Under the pieces are notes generated by a model. That model worked only from the letters and a program-made list of their open reading frames with translations, was not told where the DNA came from and ran no database searches. A DNA stretch of 64,000 nucleotides from Podarcis cretensis (lineage: Eukaryota), in NCBI GenBank assembly GCA_951804945.1, contig OX638151.1:31620001-31684000 (forward strand). Direction: 5' to 3'. Positions 36,937 to 50,528 of this stretch are shown here, in pieces (the first letter of the stretch is position 1; every line of letters begins with the position of its first letter). Position numbers and translations under genes: made by a program.

Positions 36937-37283
36937 GGGACACGGGTGGCGCTGTGGTCTAAACCACTGAGCCTAGGGCTTGCCGATCAGAAGGTTGGCA
37001 GTTTGAATCTCTGTGATGGGGTGAGCTCCCGTTGCTCGGTCCCTGCTCCTGCCCACCTAGCAGTTCGAAAGCACATCAAGTGCAAGTAGATAAATAGGTA
37101 CTGCTCCAGCAGAAAGGTAAATGGCATTTCCTTGCACTGCTCTGGTTCTCCAGAAGTGGCTTAGTCATGCTGGCCATGTTTGCAGACAAACGTCAGCTCC
37201 CTCAGCCTACAGAGTGAGATGAGCGCCGCAACCCCAGAGTTGTCCGTGACTGGACCTGACGGTCAGGGGTACCTTTACCTTTA
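36937..37283 (+). mobile_element. Sauria SINE
   Basis: Full length, 12-bp TSD CTGAATCTCTGG (36925-36936/37284-37295). Confidence 0.93.
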
Positions 37284-37498
37284 CTGAATCTCTGGACTTC
37301 CCACCTTCCCCTCTGTGGGTCCTATTATTAAACCTTTTCTACTGCATATTTTTCAATAGTCCATATTTTATATAAATCCATTATCTCCATAGTACTTGCT
37401 GCATTGCAAATGTTATTGCAATCCTGCTAACGTTTTCATCTGCTTACAGTGGTCTCCAAGATAAATTGTAAATTTTCCCCATTCTTTGTTGAAGTTTT

Positions 37499-37801
37499 TT
37501 TTTTAAAAAAATAATTTTTATTGATTTCCAAATTTTTAACATACACAAAAACAACATAAAAACAAACACAAAAAATCATATTTTCTTTACCTTATTTCCA
37601 TAAACCTCTTTTCCCGGACTTCCCCATACCTTCCCCTTTTTGCATCCTTAATTTTAAACAATTGTTCAGCAACCCTTTTTAACCAATTAAATATAAGTTC
37701 ATTCTCCTTTTCAATTCCACCCTAAAATCAAACACAAATTACCGCTGCAATTCTACGTCTTCCTTTCCCTCAGCATTTTAGCACTCCTCAATTTTATAAT
37801 A
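37499..37801 (-). mobile_element. Second L1-like 3' fragment inserted into the first
   Basis: 15-bp TSD CTTTGTTGAAGTTTT (37484-37498/37802-37816); A-rich tail with AATAAA on the minus strand. Confidence 0.75.
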
Positions 37802-40800
37802 CTTTGTTGAAGTTTTGGTCTTCTTGGTTCCTGAGCTTCCTGGCCAGTTTTGCCATTTCGGCATAGTCCAACAGTTTGATTAGCCATTCTTCTCTTGGTA
37901 GAGACTTTATCTTCTTTCCATCTCTGTGCTAATAGCATCTGTGCAGCACGGATGTGGGGAAGGGATTAGCTGGGTGAAAAGAAAAGGACCTGGAGGCTGC
38001 ACCTACTGACGTGGACTGAAGAAGAGGTGAATGAGGGAATTTATCCCATGATTCCTATATTGATATTGCCAAGGATTTCATTTCCTAACAGAGTTGACTC
38101 TCTGCCTCTAACAGGTGAGATACAGTGTCAGAAGCAAAGGCAATAAACTCCCCCTTCTCTCTGAAGCTTCCTGTTTGGAAGTGTGGAGTGAGTGGGAGGG
38201 TAAGCTTCCCCTGTTGAATTTGTGCCCGATCCTGACCACTTCAAAACAAAAAGAAAAAGATTGCCCTGCTACATACAGAGACTTGATGGCAAGGAAAGAG
38301 CAAACTTGAAATGGGGATTGGCCATGCTCACGTTATGGCCTTCAGTAGTAGTAGCACAAACATTCCCTAAGGCTTCTGTAGGAAGTTTTGTTATTTGAAA
38401 ACTGCAGTTGAAAATGGAAGCAACAGCACTGAAGAAACCTGCATTTGCTGAGATAGTACATGCCCTGATTGGATGTGTAGTTCTGTCGGAAACTTTTGCT
38501 GAATGTAGAAGGCCTGAAGGAAGACAAAACTTCTCTGTTCCCTTTTCCTTAAATTCTACAGTGTTTTGGTCCAGTTTCCTTTGTAACTCGGTAAAGTGTT
38601 ATCAGGATTTATTTTCTCTCTGGACTCCATCTGCATTATTTAGGCAATGTTGCTACCAAATAGCATTCGAAGCAAGCATTTTTACATGGCATATGTATTG
38701 AGCTGCAAACTATATCATCAAATTCAGAGAAATGCAAAAATCGGAGGATAACTTTGTTATGATTCTGAATGAAGACCTCAAGAACAATTGCTCTATGTCA
38801 GGCAGTACCATTGATCCAGTTGACACTCTGCCAACTGAGTTTTCCAAATGACTCTCTAGCTTTGCTGCTCAGTTTTTGCTTGACCTGGCCCTACTTACCA
38901 GGGCTCAAAGGAGACTCCAGTTGTTGTGGAGTCGGCAGTTGTTGTCTAGGTGAACCTTACTTCCGAATGATATAATTGCAAAGGGAGTATATACTTTTCA
39001 TTTACTACTTTGCTCCTGGAAAGGATTTTTATAACTGGACGTTTAACAGCAAGGCCAAGTAATATCCTTAACAGTGCCATGCATTTAACAGTTTAGAAGA
39101 CTGCACAGCAGGCCATGGTGAAACATTAGTTATTTCCTTTCTTTGCTTTGAAGAAGAATTTTGTGTCACCCAAAAAGTAGGCTTTTCCAGCATTTAATGT
39201 GCTAATCATGCCCAATAAAGACATTGTTCAATTTGATGTACATCTTTTGCTTTAGTTGGATCAACCAAGCAATGATGATTCCTGTTTTACTCATGATCGG
39301 CTCTTTGGAATTTCCTAAATTGGAGGGGAGGGATCTCTGCCTTGCCCCAGAAACTGAATGCTATTCAGTTAAACCTGCATCTGCATAAATCCTCAGCTGC
39401 TCAAGAGAGAGAGAAAGAGAGAGTCAACCACTTCTGCTCTTTATACAACACTCTTCTTTCCATTCTGTTACACAAAGATCTCCTTTAATGAAGGCATTCT
39501 GCTTTGTCAAATAACCCTCTGAGGACTCTGCCTTTTTGTTTTTGTTTTCTCAAGATGGGATGGAGTCATGCAGCTTAATTGGCCAGTTATTGACATTTTG
39601 TCCGAACAAAACACTTCTGTCCAAAGGGAAGTAGTAATAGGTTTGGAATGGTGCATTTCAGCTAGGAAAAACATTTTTTTTAAAAAAAACCTAATAGCAT
39701 TTGATTGGGGACCATCAATGGCAAAATGCTTAGTTGATAATTTGATTCACTATAACAAGACATCATCAGACTCTCATGGTGAACCCAGAATTGCAAATGT
39801 GTCACACAAGGCATCACATTTGAGTTGACAGGAGTTTTCCTTTCCATAGCGTATGCACACCATTTTTTGTCCCATTCTTGTTTGTGGCTAAAAAATGTAT
39901 TGTAGGTTTTTGAAATAATACAAAACTTCTTTGCCAGAGACTATAATGCAGTGTTCTCTTCAAGTCTTAGGACAGGAGAAATCACCTTTCAGCTTTACAG
40001 AAGTCTAGAGTTGAAGGTTAAATTCCCATGAACACTGCCACAATCCATCACACAGATAGTGGGACTTGATTATTGTTTCACAAGATTTATTGCTATAAAA
40101 CCTCAAAGTGGTTTACAAATGAAAAAAAAAACAACTACTGAAAATGTTCAAAAATATTTAAAATCAATGAAAACCTGAAAACCAAATTAAAGCAACATTC
40201 TACATGTCTGAATAGGCTTGCCTAAAGAAAAATGTTTTTAGCAGGCACCAAACAGAGTAGTAAAGCAATGGAGCCTGCCTGATGTCAATAGGTAGGGAGT
40301 TCCAAAGGGTAAGTCCTGCCACACTAAAAGATCAACATCTTACCAAAGCAGAACAAGCATTATGTGGCACTGCCAGTTTCAAAGCAGTTGAATATGCAAT
40401 CTTGCAATTATAAGCAACTGTGCATCGGATTTTATCCCAGGTTAGCTGCACCTTGTAGCTGTCTGCCTTTGGGGAGTTGCTATCTGTGGCTTAGGAGCAA
40501 GATTATGATGACGGGGGATACATGTGTAAGGATATTTCGTGTCACAGAGATCATGAAAGAGGGCCACTTGATGTGGCTATAGCACGGCTGTAGAGAATGT
40601 GTTTTGCATGCAGAAGGTCCCAGGGTCCATCCCTAGGTAGGGCTAGGAGAGACTCCTGCCTGAAGCCCTAGAGAGCCATTGCCAATCCGTGCTGACAGTC
40701 CTGGTCTAACTCTGTATTAGGCAGCTTCCTGTGCTCTTTCCACCAGCCCATACATCCTCGTTTCATCTTAATGCTGCCAGTGCTCATGGACAAGCTTTGT

Positions 40801-41343
40801 GAGTTTACATGGCCTAGTAAGATGTTCAGGGCTTGCAGCCATATATTTTCATGGACAGTCAAATAGATCACCATGCATAAGTAATAACCCACTATGGTTC
40901 TGCAGCCCTCCACAGGTTGGGTTGTCAACCATCCATTATTTTACTTGCCCAGCTAATAAAACAGCATTCTGGCAGGCAGCTAGAACTGGGATTTGAGCAG
41001 CCAGTGAATTCCAGAAGCAGCCCGACAGTTTCTTTCTTTGCTATGAACCCTGTCCCTAGACCCACCAGACTCTACCAGGCTCTGCCCTTGACCTATCTTG
41101 CCCCAGCTGAAACCTGCCAACACCATCTCTGCCTCAGCACCTCAGGGATCCTTCATCTCTGTAAATTGAGGCAAGAATGCCTGACTCACTAGGGCTATGC
41201 CTGTGCTTGCAGAGCAGCTTGAAATTTCTAATTACTTTCTAATTACTGATTATTATCATTCCACCAGTAAGCAGAGCTGCTTCGACAAGAGCTGCTGTGC
41301 TTGACATTTCGGCACAACTTGATACAGAAATGCTTTCCTAGGG

Positions 41344-41346
<3 letters not shown>

Positions 41347-41381
<35 letters not shown>
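41347..41381. repeat. (CA)n microsatellite
   Basis: Directly visible. Confidence 0.95.
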
Positions 41382-41383
<2 letters not shown>

Positions 41384-42567
41384 CTCACTGTTGCTCTGGT
41401 TGGGATGGGATTCAAGTGAAGCTTAAGCACCTTCATGTATTATCCTAAATGTTTTTAGGTTTACATTCTGCTTGGGAACACATTTGCATTACCTTGTGTC
41501 TTGGGCTTTTCAAACTTCAGCTCTGCTTTCAGGGGCTATTAGAGTTTTATTCATATGTGTTATTCCTCCTGTTGTTGCCAATGTATTTTCACTTAGTATC
41601 TCAAGCTGGTCTCTGACCGTAATAAATTTCATCACTTAGTATCTGAGTTACCAAATGCTCTATCCTGCATCTCAGACCATCCAAGTTCTAATTGTTCCAC
41701 CCAGATACATTGGCAAAGAGTCCATTACAAGACTGTTTTTCTTTACTGATGAGAACAGAAGCTGGGACAGAACTCGGAGGCTTCAGCTGCTGCAGAAAGG
41801 ATACTTTTCTAGATTGAGTCCCACAGAACCAAATTAGGCTTCAGTCAAGGCCCAGACCCTATTATTAGGCAAAGTGAGGCATCTGCCTCAGACACCAAAT
41901 ACTGGTGGGTGGGGCAACAACCCCCCAACTTTCCCCAAGTCCCCTAAGTTAGGCAGCCCTGCACCTCCTAAGCTAGTTTACTGCCCTCAGGAGGGGTAGA
42001 GGTAACTATCTCCTTGCCACGGAAATGGGTTTGGGGACCATGTTGTCTTGTGCCAGTCATGCAGCTTCTGAATCTTGGATTGCTGGTGTTCCTGAAGCAT
42101 GAAGAGGCACTTGGGGACAGGAGCTGAGGAACCATTCTGTGTAAGCCACCAATATACCTTGTCATATTGAGAGAAATCCATAGAGTACCATTGACTTGAA
42201 AATGAAGCTGTGCCAGCATTTAAATCATTGTAGGTGGGATCGTAAGAACATAAGAAGAGCCTTCTGGATAAGCTGAGCATCCTGTTCTCCCAGCAGCCAA
42301 CCAGGTGTGTGGATAATGGTATCAAAAATAAAACCTGCCTTCATTTTTCTCAGTGAAAATGGCAAACAATGTAGAAAGGGACAAGGTGAGGCTAGAGAGT
42401 AGATCATACAATATTGGGGTTGTTGGATCAAAAGCAAGCCAGAATGCCCATAGTAACTGCATGTATGAATGCTGAACTAGCATTCCAGTGCTTTTAATAC
42501 TGCCTATGGGAAATACCAGAGGAGAGGCAATTTTCCTCTGAGTATCAGACCTGAACAAAATAAGGTA

Positions 42568-42736
42568 CCATATTTTTTGCACCATAACACTCACTTTTTT
42601 CCTCCTAGAAAGTAAGGGGAAATGTCTGTGCGTGTTATGGAGGAAATGCCTATGGGTGGCATGCCTACGGATTTTCCTCCTCTAAAAACTACGTGCGTGT
42701 TATGGTCGGGTGCGTGTTATAGAGCGAAAAATATGG
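42568..42736 (-). mobile_element. Tc2/pogo-like MITE family B (169-bp short form)
   Basis: TA flanks, same TIRs as 35016-35387. Confidence 0.88.
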
Positions 42737-43691
42737 TAAGTAGTGGTGGGGATGCTCACAGGTAACAGCAGTCAACCAATATCTAAGCAAATGTGTTGCA
42801 CTTAGGGAGGACGGGGACACACACAGCATACCTCTGAGCCCTTAAGGAAGGAACACGAAGCAACTGGTTGAAGTGACAAAGCAGATTTACGTTGGATATC
42901 AGAAACTGCTTCCTAATATTAAAAAAGTCATGCGGTGAGGTGAGGCCTATGCTCTGGAATTTCCTTTCCTGGAGGGTTTTAAGAAGACTCAATGGGCACA
43001 TACTGAATGCAGCAATTAACTTCCAGGCGATTGAAATAGATTACCCATAATCTGTCTTCCAGATCCACAGTCCTATGATTTTCTGTCATAGCAATCATCT
43101 CGCAGGCTTTTTATTACAGTTGCAGTACCTCTGGGTTATCCATCCCTTCCTCAATTTACAGATGGAAGACAGAATGACAAAAATATGTACGTGCCTGCAT
43201 GCTGCCTATTGGCATTACAGCCATCATGGTTTTAACATCTGCAGAGGGCCAAAAGTGGTACTTTCCAGACCTTGTTACCCTTTCGCAAGAATGTACAGAG
43301 AGTCCTGCTGGATCAGGCTGAAGGCCCATCTAGTTCAGCACTCTGTTCTCAAAGCAGCTAACCAGATGCCCATAAGCAGGACCACATTGCAATGGTCCTC
43401 TCACCACTTCTGATTCTCAGCAACTGATCTCTAGACATACAAACAGTGGAGTTTGAACATAGGCATCAGAGCCAGTAGCCACTGGTAGGCTGATCCTCCA
43501 TGAATTTGTGTAACTCCCTTTTAAAGCCAACCAAGTTGGTGGCCGTCACTACTCCATATAGGAACAAATTCCATGGTGTAGCCATCTTCCGTGTGAAGAC
43601 ATACTGTCATTTGTTCATCCTGTATTCAGTTCATTGGAGGGCACTGGGTTCTAATATTATGAGAGACAAAACTGCTCTATGTCTACTTTAT

Positions 43692-43913
43692 CAGGCATGT
43701 CCAACCCATAGATCTACTGGTAGATCGCGGGGAGCTCCTGGTAGATCCTGGTTGATCTCTGGCCCCTCAGCAATCTCCTTACAAAAAAAACAAAAACAAA
43801 ACAAAACCCAACTTTGGCTTCCTAAAAAAAACCTCCACAACTTTGGGTAGATCACTGCCAGTTTTTTAAATATTGTGAGTAGATCGCAGTCTATTGGGAG
43901 TTGAACGCCCCTG
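43692..43913. mobile_element. hAT-like MITE within a minus-strand CR1-like remnant (~43270-44060)
   Basis: CAGGCATGTCCAAC...GTTGAACGCCCCTG ends, repeated gtagatc subterminal motifs; no clean TSD. Confidence 0.6.
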
Positions 43914-44314
43914 ATCTACACCATACATAATCTTCTACTCAGTCATATCCTCCCTGATTCGCATTCAAAAACAACACTAAAAGGCTCCAAATGTTGTAGG
44001 CTTCCGTCATAGGGGAGATGTTTCATCCCCTTAATCATGTTGGTCCTCTTTTCACATGATTTTTTTAGCTTACACAAGAGCCATGTACTTTGTCCAAAAC
44101 CCTTTGGAAGTCCTAAGTACACATTGTTGACTGGATCACTTCTATTTTTCATAAAGTTGAGACAGGGCTCATCCTTGGAGAAGCCATTCTTGTTCTTGTA
44201 AGCCGCCCTCATTCTTCTAAATGCTTGGTAGTTGTTGTTTTTTAAATAGTGTCGGAACAGTTGTGGTGTGCGTCTTTTTTGTGCTGCACCAGCAGCAGTG
44301 TTAGACCATACTTA

Positions 44315-44483
44315 CCGTATTTTTTGCACCATAACACTCACTTTTTTCCTCCTAGAAAGTAAGGGCAAATGTCTGTGTGTGTTATGGAGGGAATGCCTAC
44401 GGGTGGCATTCCTATGGATTTTCCTCCTCTAAAAACTACGTGCGTGTTATGGTCGGGTGCGTGTTATAGAGCGAAAAATACGG
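44315..44483 (-). mobile_element. Tc2/pogo-like MITE family B (169-bp short form)
   Basis: TA flanks; near-identical to 42568-42736. Confidence 0.88.
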
Positions 44484-46509
44484 TAAATTAGGAGTCCACA
44501 ACAAGGCTCTTTTACATACAAGTGCCACTGCTGATGGAGAATGTGGCACCTGCAAGGTGAATTCAGGCTTCTGACAGGATCAGAGCAATGCAAAAATGGC
44601 ATGTGTTGCAGTGGCTCTCACACTGCTAAGGTAACTTCTGAAGGGGCCTTCAGAAGTCACCTCAGAATGGTTCTGAAAGTGATGTGCGAGCAGCTTCCTC
44701 ATGATGTAGACTTTGAGCTCATCTATATGGGAAAATTCTTTCCCATGCTCTCATTCCATGCTGTTGAATGCTTCATAAATAAACAAACAATTCCCAAGCC
44801 ATTTTTAGGTCCAAGGTGGTGTGCATTAGTTCGTGCCAGAATACTGCATTAATGTGTATGAGTGCACACTTAAACAGTATCTATAGTCCAGAATGTCTCA
44901 CGTCTACTGTTGAGATAAGATGGGACTGTGACACTGGCAACATGCACGGGTGCCATGTACAAATAAAAATATGATATTTGTACCCAACAACTTCAAAAGC
45001 TCTGTGCAGGAGTATCCTTTTTGTGCCAGATGATTTAGCCAACATGATTTACCAAGACAGCTATAACAAATCTAGGATTCAGATCTAGACACCTTAAGAT
45101 ATTTCAAATCAACAGAGTTATTTCTTTCCCCCAGTAGAGTAGTTTTCAGCCACCAGGAATGTAAAGTGAGGGGAAAACAGCAACTCATTCTGCAAGTTCT
45201 TGCTTCATTGCTCTTATTAATGATGAGGGTTTAAAAAATATCTGCTACTTGAAAACATTCCCCTCTTGCTGTTTTTCAACCACAGCAGAATGTTATTGCT
45301 ACATTTAAAGACAATGACAAGGTCTGAAGCACAGGGAGGAGAACCAAACAAAACAATCATCTGTCTAACATGAACCGAGAACTGACTGATAGTAATTAAT
45401 ATGTTCCTGATCTATCGCATCTACAGACATGTTTTTATCTGCAAAACTCAGATTCCATGCAAATTGCTTAAAACCGATCCATTAAAAGATCATCATTCTT
45501 TTTGGCACTAAAATGCAGAAAACAGGATAAATTTCCTTAGTCAGTGTTCAGAGAATATGAAGTTTGATTCTGGCTTTAAAAGAATAAATAAAAAAGCTAA
45601 ATTTTGAAATGCTAACAAATCTTAACAAGATTTGGGAGAGACATAGGCCCCTCCTATTTGAATCACTGATGCAACAGCTTCAGGGGATAATACATCAATG
45701 AGTGGCAGGATGTAAAAGAGTCTTGAAAATTATTTTGGCTTCAGGGATCTGCCTGTGTTGCTGTTTTGGTTCATTTAGGGGTTAGCATCATGACACAATC
45801 TGAACACACATTCTGAAGAAGTACCCAGTTCACTCTGGTTGCATTTGACACCAGTGTAGAAGATTTTTCCTCACACACTCTTTCTTGTTCATCAGCAAAC
45901 ATGATATGAAATTGGACCAAGGCGCATGGCATGCTTTAATTTCCCTACTCCATCATGCAAAGTCTGCTGGTGCAATGGACATGGGTGCAGATATGCGTTG
46001 TCATTTTGGAATTAATAGCCATCTGCACTCTCCAGTCCCCAAATGCGTACCTAAACAAATAAAATGTATACTAGAACATCGGGTGCACCATCTAATTAGA
46101 CACATTTGAATTTGAAATTCCCATGGTCTATTTTGAATAGTAAATAGTGCTCTTTTACTTCTTTAATACCCCCTCCCCACAAAAAAAAAATCCATGTTAA
46201 ACTTCAGAGTTGGTGAGTGGAATGGATTTATGTGCCGAGAGTATTGGGCCAACGGCACTTCAGTTTGTTTGTTTCAAGTCAGTTTATTTGGTCACTTAAA
46301 TCTTAAACAAAAACGGCATAAGGTTCTCAAGACAAGAACAGTTGGGGGGGGAGCACAATATACATGCACACAAATGTAATTCAAACTTTTTGAGGAGGGT
46401 AAGGAATCTCAGTATGTAGGATTTGCTTCAAACCCCAGGTCTAAAGGCTGGCTCTCGGAGGCACATTTACTACACCAGGGTCACAGAACTCAACAACATG
46501 CTTGCTCGG

Positions 46510-46804
46510 TGTTATGTACTGAGTTGAATAGGATCCAGAATGCAGCAGTCAGATTGGTCCTAGAACAATAGGATTCAGAATGCAGCAGTCTGATTGGTCC
46601 GCAGGAGCCACCCAATCCAACTCCTGGTGGAAGTTAATCTGCAACCTGATTGGCCTACAGGAGAATCCCGGAGTTAGCCAATCATGTGGAGCCCATTGTG
46701 TAAACAATGTATATAAAGCAGACATTTTGGGGGAACTTGCATTCCTCACTACTATGAGCTGAATAAAGAGCATGAAATCCACACTCGACTCCGAGTATAT
46801 TTCA
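46510..46804 (+). mobile_element. Intact solo LTR (family Y)
   Basis: TGTTATG...ATTTCA, TSD CTCGG/CTCTG, five CCAAT/ATTGG boxes, TATATAAA 46710-46717, AATAAA 46762-46767. Confidence 0.88.
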
Positions 46805-47629
46805 CTCTGCTTGAGGTTCGGTCACAGAAGTATGATCTTACATGTGTGAACTTGCCTTCCAGAGGTCTGGCACATTTGATAAAGTTTTAGGCATCCTCTC
46901 TCCTCCCCCCTTCCCTGCTGGTTTCAGGTATTTGAACTTGCCTATGAGAAGCGGGAGACTGATATCTGGCAAAAGGTGCTCTGAGGCAAAGGTTTGGACT
47001 TGGACTTCCAAACCAATAGTTCTACGGTTTATTTTATGGGCTTGGCAGGAAACAAATTGGGTTCAACATCCTATTTTATCCCAAACATTCTTTTTTAGAA
47101 GAAAAAAGAGGTTCCAGTACTTGCTTGGATAGAGTTTGTGCATTTAATAGGCATCTTCTCACAACATAAAAAGAAAAAGAAACCAGCTCTGTTTGCATGG
47201 CTTTCCTCACAGCCGGTTCTGATAGTATTTTAAGCCTTCGACTAATGTGGCTGTAGAATAAATGTTTTGGGGTTCTAATATGACATGCTCTCCAAGGAAG
47301 CACATTTTGAGGACATCATTTTAATGAGTAGGATCTTGGTTCTGTTTGTTCACCAACAACCCTTGAATTCTGTTTTTGGTTCCTTTTTAAATAGGTGGCA
47401 AGATTTTATCCTTGCTCCATAAATATGGATGAATAGTATATAGAAAGCCTGTTCCATATTTAGGATCTGCTAAAACCGGGCACGGCTTCCCCAAGTGATT
47501 TGCCTACAACTGAGCAAACAATAAATATCTGTATAGGGCATGCTCCAGCAAAATTAGTTCCATTGGTTTTAATAGGCTTACTCTCTGGTGTGTTTAGGAT
47601 TGCAGACTTTATGGGAGATAACCAGAAAT

Positions 47630-48482
47630 AGACTGGGCTATGTTCTCCACCATCCGCAAGTTACCTTCTGCCCACATAAACCGTCACGATTATCCCCATA
47701 TAAACGGTCCTGGACTCTGCATTCATCATCTGAGGCCCTTTGTGTGCCTCCCCTACAAGAGGTCCAGAGGGTGGCAACACGAAAAGAGGCCTTTTTTTGT
47801 AATGGCTCCCTGTTTGTGGAATAAAGGTTTGCCTGGCACCTTCATTATATATTTTAGGCACCCAGCGAAAACGTTCCTCTTCAAAAAGGCCTTGGGCTGA
47901 TTAATATTCTACAGCCTTTTAAATGCGTCTGTAGGAAGGCGGTGGGTGGGGTGGGTCATGTTGTGCGGATGCCTGATTATCGTCTTCCAAAGCAACTACT
48001 CTATTCCGAACTTAAAAATGGAAAGCGTAACGCTGATGTGGTCAACAAAAGAGGTTTAAAGATTCTCTCAAGGCAAATCTAAAAAATGTAGTATAAACAC
48101 CAGCAACTGGAAAACACTGGCCTGTGAGCGCTCCAATTGGAGAACAGCCTTTACCAAGGGTTTTGAAGACGCTCAAACTCAGGATGAAAGGGAGAAACGT
48201 GCTAAGAGGAAGGCACATTTGACAAACCCTCACCATGATCAACTCCTGCCCCAATACTTGCATCCCCACTGTGGAAGGACATGTGGATCCAGAATTGGCC
48301 TCCACAGTCACTTATGGACTCACTGTTAAAACCGTGATTATGAAAGACAATCTTATTCAGCTACGATTGATCGCCAAAGATAGTTTTGTTGTTTTTGTTT
48401 TAAACCTTGTGTTTTTATCTTGTATTTTATTCTGTGAACCGTCCTGAGATCTTGTGATTTACCGTGGTATATAAATTTAGTA

Positions 48483-48523
<41 letters not shown>
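47630..48523 (+). mobile_element. L2 3' remnant with (TAA)n tail, interrupted by an RTE element
   Basis: RPFFVMAPCLWN-type L2 block, tttaggca..aaaacgttcctcttc, (TAA)n at ~48482-48523. Confidence 0.6.
47953..48380 (+). mobile_element. RTE-clade LINE 3' fragment (non-BovB)
   Basis: GHVVRMPDYRLPKQLLYSELKNGKR, QQKRFKDSLKANL and terminal PHCGRTCGSRIGLHSHLWTH across frameshifts. Confidence 0.85.
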
Positions 48524-48524
<1 letters not shown>

Positions 48525-50313
48525 TAATTACCTTCCTCCTTTTCCTGCCACCACCAGAGATTGCTTTTAGGTGATGTGTGTCTTTTTTTGCCACTACAAG
48601 ACTATTTGTTGGGCTGGCTGGTGGGGAGCTATACAGCTACAGTACATGCCAGGAGGCTGAAAACATTACTTGGCCACCAATGTTGCCGTGCTTCTATAGT
48701 GCTCCCAAGGAATAGGAGTGGTGGACTGAAGCCACATTTCTCTTGGGCAGCTATGGCTACTCTTGTCTCCTGCTCATTCTGCTTCACTGTAGTCTAAGCC
48801 TCTTGTAGTCTGGTCCAATGCATATTTACGCAAAAGCAAGCCTTGTGGATTTCAGTGGGGCTTGCTCCCAGGGAAGTGTGTATGATTGCAGCTTTAGATG
48901 CTTCAGCTAAAAGTCTTATTTTTTATAGCCATAATTAACTTTTAAGGTTTGAGTTGCAGCTAGTGCCAGGTTCCAACAGGTTTGGAAAGCCACACAGAAT
49001 GCATAAAAGGCAAGTGGCCCTGCCAGGAGATCTCGCCTACTTATCATGCTGAAACCTTTACTTCTCTCTCTCTCTCTCTTTGCACTCTGCCATCTGTGTC
49101 TGTGAGTACATCACGTTTTCTGTATAATCAGTGTTCTACCAATTAGGATAAATTACCGTTTCATTACTGTTAAGTACACTATTAAAATGCCATTCATGTC
49201 TCTTGCTGACAAAGCAATGCCTGCAACTCTCCCCATTTTCAGGGAGATTCATCTAATTTCAGAATGTTGATGGAGGAGCTCATTCAACTGGCAGGATTTG
49301 CCAGCATTTTTGAGCATTAAAAGCTTTCAGGGCACTTAGTTGCATGCCAATTTCACTCTGGGGACAGGCCTTCACAAATGGCAGAAGATTGCACTTAAAT
49401 GTCTGTCTTGGGCGTGATTTACAGTCTAAATGCTTGGGGCAAGGCCTTAGGAGCTATGCTAGTGGATGGTTGAAGAAAGCAACACTTAGAGCAGGGCTGG
49501 GTAACCCTGTAGCCCTCCAGGGACCGTTAACCACAGCGCCCATCACCCCTGAGAATCGGCCATGATGTCAGGTGATGGACCGATGGGCAGCCCCTCCCAC
49601 CTCAAAGCTGGCCTATAGGAGCTGGGGAAATTAGGGATCCAGCCTGCTGGCTGGATCCAGTTCCCAACCCCTGACCTAAGACATCCTTAGCCTAAAGGGG
49701 AGCTTTCCACAGCAGGACTGTATGATTCATAACATCATAAAACTGTGCTACACCTACAGTAGAGGTTCTTCACGTGTTTTTGGTGGCATTGGGCCCAGGA
49801 TGTCGTAAAACATTTTATCTCTCCCATAATTTGCTTAGGCAACAGTCTTCCTCACACGGTGTACTGTACATGTTCTGGCTAGGCACAAGTTGTGGTTGGG
49901 AAATACAGATGAGCTGCCAGATCTTCTAGATGTAAAATCCCCAAGCCAAACCCAAGGCTTAAAATAGAATGTGTATCTCTGAGTAAACTTCCTTGATGTT
50001 CCCCCCACCCCCAAAAAAGTTGTCAAATAAGTGTGCATTTAGTATTTGAATAAAGCTGTGGACTTAAAAATAAATAAAAAATCTGTGAGGCCCATGTGTT
50101 CTGCCACCTAGGAATATGATGAATGAAACTCTTCAGAGATGAACACCAATGAAAAGGACACTGTTAAGTAGAAATTACCACAGAAGCAAGAGCACATGCT
50201 CCGACATTTGCACAGGTTCTTAGTGAACCGTGTTGTCTCTGGGCCTGGCGAATTGGAAAATGTCCTCCTTTCCTGAAGGAAGTTGAAACAGGCATGTCTT
50301 GTGTCTATAATTA

Positions 50314-50528
50314 TAGTGGTAGCTCGGGTTAAGAACTTAATTCGTTCTGGAGGTCCATTCTTAACCCAAAACGGTTCTTAATCTGAGGTACTACTTTAGC
50401 TAATGGGGCCTCCCACTGCCACCATGCGATTTCTGTTCTCATCCTGAAGCAAAGTTCTTAACCCGAGGTACTATTTGTGGGTTAGCGGAATCTGTAACCT
50501 GAAGTGTCTGTAACCCGAGGTACCACTG
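50314..50528 (+). mobile_element. Mariner MITE family A
   Basis: Same TIRs and body, TA flanks. Confidence 0.87.

Larger units (their letters stand above)
36837..37952 (-). mobile_element. 5'-truncated L1 (same family as 1784-2208) hosting two later insertions
   Basis: AAQMLLAQRWKEDKV..EEWLIKLLDYAEMAKLARKLRNQEDQNF on the minus strand, T-run at left, TSD core TGTGGGGAAGG (36825-36835/37953-37963). Confidence 0.78.
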
